Source: Caecitellus pseudoparvulus (taxonomy: Eukaryota; Protista; Bigyra: Bicosoecida). From it: a DNA stretch of 64,000 nt. Numbering within the stretch: the first letter of the stretch is position 1; the number at the start of each line of letters is the position of its first letter. Below, piece after piece: positions 10,652 to 23,400 of the stretch. The position numbers were made by a program, and so were the translations under genes. The stretch is taken from assembly GCA_965644315.1 (NCBI GenBank), contig CBFFRQ010000035.1:1-64000 (forward strand). Reading direction: 5' to 3'. The notes beneath the pieces were generated by a model. That model did no database searches. It saw only the letters and a list, made by a program, of their open reading frames with translations, and had not been told where the DNA came from.

Positions 10652-13600
10652 ATGGAGACAGCAATGGACGTGTACAACTGGCTGGGATCGACCGAGGCAG
10701 AGCTGCTGCTCTGGGGCCTCCTTGTGAGGGGAATGGGCCTCATCTACCTCATCGTCATGTGGGGCATTTGGGACCAGGTCCGTGCGGCGGAGCAGCAGCC
10801 AGCATGTCGGCGCGGAAATTGGTCCAGCAATCACCCTGGCCTTGGCGTCCCGCCTGCACCCTGCACAGATCCTGGCCCACGCTGGCAGCAGCGGAATCTC
10901 CCCCATTCAGCAAGTTTTGAAACGGGCCAAACGTGTGCGTTGAGCCCGTCGCTCGCCATGCTCCAGAGCGGCACGGCCTGCCGCCGTTAGGCTGTGCGCT
11001 GAGGCCCTGACATCAGTGTGCCGCATCTTCGCTTTTGACCCACCCACCACAGGACTTGCCGGGGTACACAGCATACTGGTACTTCCCGACAGTGTTCTGG
11101 TTCAATGCGAGTGACACCATGCTGCAGGCGGTCCCGCTGGTGGGCGCCGCCGCCGCTCTGGTGCTGGTGGTGGGCGGCCCACTCACCCCCCTGGCCTTCC
11201 TCCTGTGCTACGTGGTCGTCATCAGCGTGCACGAAGTGGCCATCGACCACTACTTCCCCTGGGACAGCCTGCTCCTGGAAAGCACCGTGCTGTGTGTCTT
11301 CCTGCCCCACACGCACGCTGCCGGAGGCGACGCCGGCTGGGGCATAGTGGCGCCCCCCACACCCCTCCTCGCCTTCCTCTTCCGATGGCTGCTCTTCCGC
11401 ATGATGTGGGGCTTCGGCAAGCTCAAGTTCTCCGCACACACCCACCGTGACGACACGTACATCAAGAACTTCTTCATCCACATGCCCATCACTTCCCCCC
11501 TGGGGTGGCTAGGGCACTTCCTCCCCGATGCCGCCCACCGCGCCAACCTCGTCGTCATGTGGCTGGTGGAGATCCCGCTCCCCTTCTGCCTCTTCCTCGC
11601 CGGCTGGCCGCGCGTCGTGGCGGCGCTGGGCTACATCGGCCTCATGGCTGGCATCCACGCCACGGGCAACTTCGGCTACTTCAACGTCCTCACGGCAGTG
11701 CTGGTGCTGCCGCAGCTGGCGCACTCCGGGTCGCTGCTGGAGGCTGCTTGGGGGCCACAGGGCATGGCTGCCGCCCTGTACGCCGGGGCGCTGCACCTCC
11801 TGCGAGTGCCTAGTCTGGCCTTCTTGGAGGTGCGGACGTTGGTGGGGGAGGCTGCCGTTGTGGTGGGGGCCACCCCCGCCCTGCGCGCAGCCGAGCAAGG
11901 CGTGGTGAACTCCGCCACCTCGCTGTTGCAGGGCGTGCTGAGCAGCGCCCCTGCGCTGCCGCCAGCCGCTATGTGGGCGCCGTACACCGCCCGCATCCTC
12001 GCGCGTTCGCTCCTGGACGCCCCTCTCGCCCTGGCGTGGTGGGCTATGCTCACCTGTGGCCAGGCCCTGCACTCCGTGGGCGCCATGGCCTGGACATCCG
12101 CCGTGGAGCCAGCCCTGCTCGCGAGCTGTGGCACCAGCTGCCGCGATGCAGCAGGTGGCGCGGCGGCAGCCTTCACTTCCGCAGTGTCTACGGGCGTGCT
12201 CGGTGGCACCCTCGCGGCTAACCCCGCAGCCGCCAGCTCCCTGCCCAACACTCTCACTGACACACTGCCACACACGCTGCTCCTTGCACTGGCAGTCTGC
12301 ATCATCCTGCCCCTGTCCCTGCTGAACCTGCCCTTCAACTCCTGGATTACCGTCGGCTGGCCGTACTGGCCGACACTGCTCAAGGCACAGCCCGCCTGGC
12401 TCCTCCAGCGCGCGTTTGCGTTCGTCAGGGCCATCCTACCTTTCAGGCTGGTGCATGCTTACGGCGTGTTTCCACCCCACTCTGCGCCAGGCGTGCGCTG
12501 GGTGGTGGTGTACGAGGGCAGCGCGGACGGGCGGCGGTGGCTGCAGTGGCAGTGGCCGGCCACCATCACACACGAGTTCTCCCCACCCCGCTTCATCGCG
12601 CCGTACATGCCCCGCAAGGACCATGACTTGTTCTACGAGAGCAACGGCATGGGGAACGGGCACAACTTCATGAAGCTCTTCGGCACCGGCAACCCTTACC
12701 GCCACACACGCAGCACCCCGTGGCATCGCATCCAGGCGCGCCTGCTGCAGGGCTCCTTCGTTGGGCGCTCCCGCAACCAAACCCTCGGCATCTTCGCCAA
12801 CAACCCCTTCCCTGACCCAGCACACCCGCCAAAGTTTGTGAGGTGCTCGCTGTACATGTTTGAGCCGACCAGCGTCGCTGAGTGGTGGGCCACCGGCAAG
12901 TGGTGGCGGGGCACGCACGCGGGGTACAACCTGCCTGCCGCCACCGCCGAAGACACCAAAGGCACATGGGAAGAGTGGCTGTCACCGCCTGAGGCCTGGT
13001 GGGGCGAGGCTGTCATTTGGAAGCGCCGCGCAGGCACCACCGTCGGCGGGGTCAGCCACGAACAGTACGAGGAAGCGTGGGCGTTCATTGCTGCCCTGCG
13101 CAAAGCTGCTGCCCGCAGAGTGGATGCCGTCGCAGATGCACGGGCTTCCCAGGCAAGCTCAGTCGCCCGGGCGCTGCCCATGGATGTGCAGGAAAGCGAT
13201 GCTGAGGCAAGCCTGCCGGAGACAGCGCAAGAGGCCATGGACCCCGCTGTGGCCAGGCGCATCTTCACGTGGGAGCAAGTGCACGAAGTCGTGCTGTCCC
13301 TGCGTCGCTGGTATTCGCCTGCCAAGCTGCGGCGTGTGGAGTTGACCCTGGCGCGCATGCTGGCCCCGCTTCAGGCACGCTTGGAGGCTGTGTTCTTGCG
13401 CACCACCCCCACCGACGCGGAGCTGCTGAGCGAACTGCAAGCGTTTCAGCGTGCGGCAGAGCACATGCCTGCCAGTGCTTGGGCCAAGGACGCCGCGTGG
13501 GATTGCCCAGAGGCTGCCGCTGCTTCAGCCCACGCTGCAGCGGCACATGGCGAGAGCGAGGAGGCTACAGCTAGTCGAGTGCGCCGACTGGATCCAGTGC

Positions 13601-14472
13601 AAGCCGCGTTGATTGGCAGTGTCACATCGGAGGAGAAGAAGCGCTCAACGCAGCAAGCTGCGGCAGCAGCTTGGGCCCGCCTGTCTTCGGCAAACCCCTT
13701 ACCCTACGTCGGCCTGGGTGGCGAGGAGGAAGATTCAGCTCCAGAAAGGGGCGTGCCTGACTGGAAGGAGATTTACATGTGCCTTGCAGGGCTGATTGAG
13801 CAGCCCGTTGTGGGGCAGGCGCCTCGCGGAGGGTACTTTTCCACACCCTTCAAGATCGCGAACTACGCTCAGTGGTATGTGTTGGTTGGCGGTGCCAAGC
13901 TGTACGAGAGGGCAGTCGGAGGCAAACAGGCCATCGTCGGAGGACACCCCCTGCCGTTAGTGTGGCCTCCGCCACCCCCCACTGGCCAAGGCTGGGCTGC
14001 CGAGTCTGCTTTCGAACGTGCCGGGGGCACAGGGGCCTCACTCCCTGCCCTGTTCCGCGCGACCTGCACGCCGCACCTGAATGCGTCGCACACCACACCT
14101 GAGTCCGCGTTCTACCTCACAAGCGTGCTGCATTACGACACTTTGGCCATGACGGCATGCAAAGGGCGGTTGAATTGGGAGCTGAAGCGCCATGATGAGG
14201 AGGCAGCGGCCGAGCGGCCAGGCGCTGTGACACCCGGCTTCATTGACCTTCTTCCGGATGTGCGGCAGTGCGAGAACCTGCGCCTGTGGGACCCAGTTGC
14301 GGCAGCATGGACTCCGAAGTGGATCGTGCCGAGGTGGGAGCAGGGGCGTGCGGACGGTGAGTGGGTCATGGAGAGCGACGGCCGCGCGGAAGCTGGTCGA
14401 GAGCCCCTCGGGCATGACGTCGACTTCCTAGTCAACCCCGTGCCAGTGGCAGGCAAGCAGAAGCAGGACTGA
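10652..14472 (+). CDS. Lipase maturation factor (LMF) family membrane protein with long C-terminal extension; exons 10652-10777, 10869-10934, 11053-14472 (~1203 aa)
   Basis: RGMGLIYL, PTVFWF, FPWDSLLLE, LFRWLLFRMMWGFGKLKF, IHATGNFGYFNVLT, LVHAYGVF, VVYEGSADG, PPRFIAPYMPRKD. Introns 10778-10868 and 10935-11052 close the frame. Confidence 0.85.
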
Positions 14473-14498
14473 ATGCATCAAGTCAAGAGATGACGCAG

Positions 14499-17400
14499 TC
14501 ACTCAGCGGCCCCCCCTCCACCAGGGGCAGGAGCGGTGAGCATAGAGCTTGCAGTTGCAAGGTTCCGAGCCCCGTGTGTGATGAGCGCAGTGGCGGAAGT
14601 CTCCACAGTCTCAGCTTGCCCCGAAGAACAAATTCCGGCATGATGGGCCGCAAGTGCCTTACCGAGGTACTTTCCTTGCTGCAGTGCGATCAAGACGGTG
14701 GCTGTTGTCATCTGATCCTGGGGGCATGCTTGGGCCAACAGCAGCAGCTGTGCTGGCCACAGAGCGTCGGAATCTAGGCGGGCATCAGCTTTTCCAGAGC
14801 TCGTTCTCACTGCAGCGTGCAGTGACCGATTAAGTTTGTCAAAGGAGGCCGCCAGCAACGCGGCTGCATCCTGAGGGGCCAGCGCCGGCGACAGTGCTGC
14901 CAAGAACACGGCAGCTTCCGCGAAGTTCGAGTGGTCCATCAGCGCTGCACGGGTGTGGTCATCTCCCGTGAAGTAAATGTCAACGAGGGCTTCACGTGCC
15001 CCGAGTCCTCCCTCTGAAAGAAGAGTTTGCAGCGCTCCCTGCCCGCTGTGAAGCAGGTTTGATGCACAAGCGAGGAGTGTGGCAGGCGGACGAGGGTCAT
15101 CTGCGTGTGGGAGCAATGCTTGCGGGGTTATGCTCAACGGAAAAGGGCAAGGAGCTGAAAGCCTGCAGGTTGGGGGCAACTCTGGTCCCTCAGCACGAGC
15201 TGTTTGCGTGAAGTCGGAGAGTGCGTGTCCCATGCACTCCTCCAGCCGCCGCCGAAACACACTGGCAGAGCGAGCAGACGGCAGGGGCAGCTTCCAGCAG
15301 ATCATCATGACAGGCATGTTTGCGTCATGCTGTGTCCTCTTCTGAAGGGTGCAAGCAGGCGACGCAAGCACCTGCCAGAGCGGCCCGTACTCCACGAGCA
15401 TGATGTGCGTGTCTGTCCCCACGAGCAGCCGAAGCAGAGGGAGAGCGAGGGATGCCACGTCTGGTGGTGTGCAGTCCAGGCGAGCCTCAGAGGTGACGTC
15501 AGCAGCAGCCCCAGAAAAAGCTTCGCCTGTGCCCTCCGTGCAAGCGGATCGGGCGAACTCGAAGGGGTCTCCGACTGAGCCAGCCGTCTGAGGAAGGATG
15601 AGGTGCCACTGATGCCTGGCTGAACAGGTGAAGCTGCCAGAGTCATGTCGCGATGGCGAGCTCTTGAGGTACTCTGCAGATGCATGCAGGTTGCCTTGCA
15701 GAATTGAGTGTGCGGCGTCATCCATACTAACGTGCTGCCAGGCCGCAGACACCAAGGACGGGACAGGCAACTCTTCCCGCAACGAAGGCTTCACAAGTCC
15801 CAAGTCTGCTGCGCAGGCCTGCACAGCATCAGAGATACTTGCAGGAACCCTGGGATCAGGGCTTGCGGAATCCTTAGCTTTGACTTTTCGAAGCACCTTT
15901 GTGTCCTTCTTGCTCTGTGACCGCCTCCACGCCGTTGCAGGCAGCAGGGCGGGCATGAGCCGCCTCCACACCGAATGGCCGACTGACACGGGGATGCCTG
16001 CAGGAATCCCGTCCGCCGCAACGCGCATCGCCCACAAGACCAAAGCGTGCTCTGGCTGCAGGCTGAGAGGTCGCGGTGGAGAGTGCCCCCACGTGAGCCT
16101 TGGAGGTTGCATCTTCAACAGCCAAAGCCACGCCGCATGGCGATATAGCAGCATTCCAAGCTGCACTCGGTCCTGCTCGAATTGTTGCCTGGCCCTGAAC
16201 AGCAGCGATAGCTCCATTTCGCTCAGGAGTCCCTCCTTGCCAGCCCAGCCATGGTTTGAAGAGGCTGTGCTGCGCGTGATGCTGACGGAGGTTGTGCGCA
16301 AGGCTCTTTCCAACGTCCCTCTGCGTTGCTGTTCCGCAAGCATTTTCCGCGATGCTGCCACCCACCGTCCATCCCCCACCGCCACGATTCCCTCACCAAC
16401 GGAATGCAGCGCGTCAAGCACGCCCACCGCAGGGAGGGCCACCATGCCAACGACGCCTCTGGCAAGTCCGGAGACCACACCGCTCACGCCGGCTGCTGCC
16501 CGGTAGCCTCTCACAGGCTGCAGCACGACCCCAGCAGCTCCAGAGACAATGGACTGCGAGATGCCCGCCACACCGTGCAGCACTCCTGACAGGAGCGGGG
16601 CAGAGGAGGTGCTTGGTCGCTCAATGACTCCGAGCAGCTTCGTGGACGAGGGGCGGGCATCTTCCTCAGCTTCATGGAGGAAGGCTAGTGACGAGGTTTC
16701 CATCGCTTGAACTTCAACTACAGCCACTGAAAACGCACTCTTCGTTGCTGGATGGTTCTCCACAAATGAAGCCAGCAGGACTAGTGCTTTGGAAGGGAGG
16801 GGTGCAATGTGTGATGACGCCACAGCATACCGCTTCAAGAGCTCAAGCTGGTGCTGTGCCTCCCCGGAAGGCAGGGTGGCAGATGGTGCTTGTTGCAAGC
16901 CTCCTTCTTCTAGACTGGGCAAGGCAAAGTATGAGGCAGAGGAAGCTACGCTTGCCGTGTCTTCTTGACCAGGTTCCGACTCGGGAGTGCCTTGCACCTC
17001 AAACCCTGGCTGAAGAAGAGTTAGGGGTTGGGCGTGTCGCCGTAACCACTCAAGCTGGTGAAGCGTCCACACACGAGCGATAGCTGCAGCGTGTGAATCG
17101 CGAGGACTCGATGTCGCCTCCAGCCACGCTTGAAAGTCTTGCGTCTCCTCCATGTGCTTCCGCAAGGATGCAGTTCTTTGGGACTGAAACTCTCGATCGA
17201 AGGTAAGAGCAGAAACACCGTGGCCTAAACTCGAGCTGACTGCTGCAGCAGCAGTGCCAACTCCAGACACCACGCCGCCGGCGAAGGACGCAGAGCCGCC
17301 GAGGAGACCTTGCAGCGTGCCCATCACCGACTGCGCTCGCAGGCCCGCCAGCGGCATCAGCGCCAGCTGACTTGTCCCGTGAGCTACTCTCCGAAGGACG

Positions 17401-20400
17401 TGCACAGGTCTCCCAAGAACGTCAATGTTTAGGAGAACATTGTGCATGGAGAGGACGAGTTGAGTTGTGTAGTGCCGCAGGCACGCTTTGGTGATGCTAC
17501 TCAGAGTCATGAAGCCTGAAGCATGAAGGGGGTGCAGCGCCATGTGTGCCTGCGAGACAGATGAAGCAGTGGTCAGAAGGGCCCCCAGGGTGGCCGTCAA
17601 TGGGGCAAAGGCAAGGCCAGCTGATGCAGCACTTTGCCGTAGCATGCCCAGGAGGGCCTGGCCAAGACTGGTCTGCACCTCCTCGGAACCTGCCGCCCCA
17701 ATCTCTGCCCATCCTCGCACTTCAGCTCCCGACTCCGGCAGTCCAAGGGAATCAAGGACTCCCCGCACTTCTGCCAGAACAGATTCAGCACTGCGCTCTG
17801 TGCCTCTGCGGAATGTCAGGACGTACTCGATCGCGGCGACACTCAATGTATCAATGTGTACCCGCCGCAAGTTGGCTGGGCCATCATCCTTGACGTGTGG
17901 TGTTGGCTGCAGTGGGGCTTTCCACCAAGCCATGTGGGCTGCAGCATTCCCTCCTCGACCGTCAGAGGCTTCCATGTGCCCCTTCCTCTCAGAAGCACTG
18001 AGCAGACCAGCCAAGGCGAGTCCCACTGGCAGCACGAAGTCAGCCGCCAGCTGCGACAACAGCGTCCCATCAACCTGGACCGTCAGGGGGGCCAGTGACA
18101 CGCTGAGTTCAGGAACATGCAGCACATGTTTGGAGCTCGCTAGGCTGCCGCCCGAGCCAACGGAAGCAGCGTGATAGTGCACATTTGCTCGCAGAGAAGC
18201 GGCAGCATCCTGGGGCGCCTGGGATGGCTTGCTGCGCCGCAAGACAGTGACAAAACCTGCCTCGGGGTGTTGGTCCGTCACCCGAATGTCAGCGACTGAC
18301 GCCCTCACTTCAACCTGGGCGATGCTTGGTGTCAGGAACGGCGCACGGCGCACCAGTTGCAGCGCGCGCCACAGCTGGCCTTCCTGGTCTGCGGCGCCGC
18401 CCGGCATGTGGGGTGCTTGGAGGTGGTGAAGCAGGCTGGCTCGAGTGGCCCTGGGCAGCTGCCTGCACATGGAAAACAACATGGGCCGCAGCAGCCCAAG
18501 GAGAAGTTTCAGCCAAGTCTGAGCTGGCTTGAATCGCAGGAAGGACGAGCCAGCATTTGGGCTGGCGGGGCCTCCGCTTGAATCCCCTGCGCCATGAGAT
18601 CTCTGGCCGAGCAAGAGTGCCTTTCGCAAGGTGTTTTGCAGCTTTTCTGCAAGTGAACCGGTCCATGAGCCGACGGCTGCAAGCAGCCAGTCTATGGGTA
18701 GGAGAGAGAGCAGGGTCGGGACTTCCACCTTCACGCCTCCTCGGATGCCTGCAGCTTGCACCCGTAGGAGCTCCTGCGAAGAGAGCGAGAGCACCCCCAC
18801 TTGGACAGCTGGGGCAAATACATCCACTGCAACAGTGACTGGGGCCAGTGGCGGTGCTACAGGAGGAGAGTGCGCCACTGCGCTGCCTTCAATGTGCTGT
18901 GAGAAGTCATCCTCTGTCACAGTGTCAATAACAAGGGAGTGTACACATGCGTCCAGCCCAGAGCGAGCGATGACGATGCGTTCTGGAAGCTGGGGTTGCA
19001 TACTCTTGCGGGCGTAGAACACACACCCAGAGGGCGCGCCAACGAGGGATTCATGGACAGGCACGCCAGCGCCTTGAAACAGCGCCTCAGCACTTGATTG
19101 GACCTCTTCAGCAGGCATAACAGGGGTGTTCGCAACTGGACCGTCGTCTGCCCACGAGGGTGTGCCCCAAAAGCCGCCTTGAGGCAGTTGAGGCTCAAGA
19201 TCAGGCGCCAAGCTTGCTGGCTCAGCGGTGCACTGAAGCGGCGGGTTGGCCGACTCACTTGCGCCCTCGAAAGGGACATGCAGCACTCTCCTTGCGAAAT
19301 ACGCCGGATGACACGCAAAGGGCTCTGACACCAAGGGACCCCCAGCATTGGGGCGGTGTACGCGAAGCGGGCTTCGCGCGTCCCCGCCGGAAAGCACCAT
19401 GATACACTTGGCTGCGTCCTTCAACTGCTGCATGGAGAATGAGGCTGAGGTCCGCGATGCACTGGTCATGTCCGTGGCTGGGATCATGCCCGCCTGCTCT
19501 ACGCAGTGGCGGAGCGGAAGCGGCAAGGGAACCCAGTGGACTTCGCCGTTGCGCTTGCTCTTTAGAACCATGACTGTCTGCTGCAAGGATGGCCACTGGT
19601 CCAAACCCTTGGAGGCATCCCGTGGAGCATGGGCCAGCGAGCACACCAGCAGCGGGCAGCCATACTGCACGACGACCGGGCGCTCAGCTTGAGCTGCCAA
19701 GTGTACGCTGTGCAAGTCCATGCCTGCGACGTCATCCTCCGTCAACGCGACAAAAAAGCAACGGCTTGCGCCGCAGCTTCCGAACACTGCCGGACCTGGG
19801 GCAGGTGCGGCGGGCAGAGCTGGCTTTGGGGCGGATGAGAAGTCCTTGGGCTCGCTGTGGACAGCCTTCGCTGCCAGTGCGACTGCGTTGCAGCGCAGTG
19901 GTTGTTTGAGCTCCAGTGTGCCTGGCCCATCGCTACCAGGCGCTCTGACAGTCACGCCTGTCTGCGCAGGTGAGGCCCAAGTCAGACTCTGGTGAGTGTA
20001 AAAATTTCGCACAAGCAGGGGCTCGCCAAAACGCATTGAGTCTGTCAAGGAGGACGGCGTGCTGAGGGCTGCAAGGCCGGCGGTTCTTGGGTGCGTTGGT
20101 GGTAGCAGCAGCGTTGCCAGGCTGTGGGCATCGGTTAAATCAAGCACGGCCATTTCAGGATCCGCCTCATGTCCGAGCGACACAATGGCTGGTTGACCGG
20201 GAATGCTCAACGGCAGCGCAAAGGCATGTCTGCCAGGAGTCACAACACAAAGCGTGGAGGCCAAGCCAAACCTTGTGCCACATGCCCACACTTTCCCATC
20301 TTGTTTGGCAGCAGCTTCAGCTGGGTGACATGCAACTGTTGAGAACATTGCAGCGCTAGAACTCAAAGGGCTTGCAGCCAGGGCTTCCAAGGCAGGAAAG

Positions 20401-23400
20401 TCAGCCCCAGCACAAGACGCAAGGGCAGCGGGGAGCAGCTGCCGTAGCAAAAACGTGTCGCTTGAGCGATTGTCAACGAGGAAAGTAGTGGATGAAAGAC
20501 TCGACACGTCAAGCCGCATAGACTGATCTCGGGGAGCTACATCCACTCCAAGGGAGAGCAACCAGCTCTGCGAGCCAGAGCCTGACAGGGCTTGCTCAGC
20601 GGTGGAGACGTTTGAGTGAGAAACTGGGTCCCTCAGGCGCAGTTGCCCCATTGCATCCCACACAGCTGAGTACCGCTGAATGGATAGCACGGCATCTCGT
20701 TGTCCGGCCCGCCGGCTTGGGGCAGCTATGGACACTTTCTCCAGGTTTGCGAGAAGCGCAGCTGCGCTCCACGCCGTCAAGCATGTCCACGAGTCGCCCG
20801 CCTGAGAGGAGGGCGCCACCACCGCAAGTTGCAGCGCTTGCGGCCCATCTGCATCATGCCACGCGAGTGGTTCAGCTTCTCTGGGTCGCAGCAACAGCCA
20901 GCCGTGCGAAGCAACATCCTCCACGGAGAATGTGTCTGGGAGCGACGCAGACCCAGCCTGAGCGATGAGCAGTGAGTGCGTTGACGAATTCTTCAGTACA
21001 AATCGAGGTGACAACATGACTCTGTGTTGCAGGGCAGCGCAAAGGGAGGAAAGGTAAGTCCGAGCGCCTGCAGGTACACTGCAGGAGTGCACAACCACTG
21101 GAAGGAGCCCACCCCCCGCTTCAAGTGGCAAGGTGACGAGTTGCTCCGAGACATTGGCAAGGTCCACAGATGCTGCTGGGAGCGCAGCTGGGCGCTCATA
21201 CAGCGATGCTGTCACATGTTGGCCTTGTCCTTCAGGGGACAGTGTCCAGGCTGCTGTCCCGCTCGCTGACTTGCAGCGGAAGCGGGCGCAAGTCGCACCC
21301 GTGTGCGTGCCCATCCATTTCGCCACAGCGTGGTCCACTGGGCCCGCGAAGAAGGGAACCTGCGCCGCAGCAGCCTCTTGCAGCCGCGAAAACCTCAACG
21401 GAGTGAAGATCCCCATGCTTCCAGGGCCATGGGCCTGCAGCACAAGTCGAGTTTGTGCCGCCATGTCACACAGCAGGGCGATGGCTTCATCAGCGCTATG
21501 TGCAGGTGCCTGGAGAGCCTCACGGGCTATAGAAATGTCATCTGGCCATGCTGTGGCGACTTCTACCGCCCGACCAGTGGCGTTCTGCAAGACCACTGGA
21601 GCTGCGACGACCATCACCGTTGACATCCCAGGGGAGCCTTCAACTTGCGGAATGCGGGAGCACCCAGCTGGCAGCCTCTGCCAGCGTTGCAACAGGAGGT
21701 GCGCTACAGCACTGCTGGATGGAGCTTCCGGTGCAGACTGACGATCGACATGCACCTCGAGTGTTTCGGACACCATTCGAGTCAATGTCTCCTCCGCAGC
21801 ACCAGGCTGCACGAGGTTGGGGGCGACGCCAGATGCATCAAGTTCCCCATCAACGGCAGCGCCAGCTGCCTTCACACGGAACCTTCGCCAGGGCGACCAC
21901 TCTGACCCAGGCAAGCGGATCCGAACGACGTGCCCAACGCCACCCTCTTGCACTGGTCGGGCAGAGGGGAGGCAGGTGCTGCCTCCTGGTCCAAGAGTTA
22001 CCGAAAACGCCGGTGTGGAACCTTCAGAAGTTTGAACCTGCACATCGAGGGGGGTAGGCAGGGCGTTCATCACGACGTGCGGTGGAAGAACGTGCAGCTC
22101 CTTCACTATCTGCTGCCCACAAGGCTTCTGTACCAAGAACACATTCAAGTGCCCCCCCAGCGAATCCTTTGTGTGCACGCTTGCTAGAAATCCAGGGGAT
22201 GCGCCATGCGCAGGGACGGACACGTGCCAGGAGGTGCCAGACTGCGCCCCCAGCCCAAAGGAGGCATTCAAAGTCGCCGTAGCACACATGAAGGGAAGTG
22301 GCAGGATGCTGAGCGAAGGGGCTAAGAAGGAAAGCGGCTCTGCTCGTCCCGGGACTTGGACATGGACCGGCAAATCATCCGGGCAGTGGTTCACAAGGCG
22401 CACGAGGGACGCTGCGACCAAGACTTTGGCTTCTCCGACGCGCTGCACTTGCCACAAGAAACTTGCCTTGGGCATCTGCGATGAAACAGTCGGACGAGCT
22501 GCACCCAGGCGCATCCCAACATCCTCAAATGACCGCTGCATGTCTACGTAGCCAGGAATGCGCAGGTGCAGGCTGGCCTCGTTTTGGAGGATGGCATCAG
22601 CGGGGGACACATCCAGCCCTACGTCGGCACCAAAACTCCGATCAGCTCGGTCAGAGTGCGTGTCCCCGAGGGAAAGCTTGCTCCACACATCCAACGTTTG
22701 TCGCTGGAGTTTGTGGCCCTGCAAGGACTCTTGATGCTGGAGCGACGTCGCGTCTGCTATAGAAAAGCGCAGAGGCTGCGGGTGGGGTTCGCAAGCCAAC
22801 AGGGTGGTAAGGTGCGGTGCTGCCGCGGCTCCACCTCCGTGTGAAGCGGGGTGGAAGCCCCCCTGAACGAGCACTTTGTCCGCGCGAAGCCTGGGGTTCT
22901 GGTGGAAGTAGTACATGTCAACACCCAACGCATTCACAAAGAAGAATGGTTCGAAACCAGTCTGAATGGCATGCAGCTGGGTACCCTTGGTTCTCGGGAC
23001 AGCGGATGGGGGCGGAGGCTGCAGCATGGTGGCAAACGCGCCATGTGCCCGGGCAAGAAGACCTGGCACTGAGCGCACCAAGCTCAACAACGAACGTGCC
23101 GCATCTGCTCCACGAAGCACAACAGTGGGCGTGAGAGTGACGGCGACCAAAGAGGGAAAGGCAACAGCAACGTTGAGTTGCAGGTCCGGGGAAGCTGCCG
23201 CGTCATCCAGCGATGACGAGTACGAAATGTCCACTGTCATCGCGCAAGGATCCAGGAGAGGTGTCCAGTGTGCGTCTGCACCAGCCAAAACTTGACTTGC
23301 TACCGTGCAAGCACCTCGCAGCACTGGAACCTGGCCAGCTTCAGCAGATGCACCATACTGGCCGCGCAGCTCTACGTGGCTGACTCTGCTCAAGAGCAGC

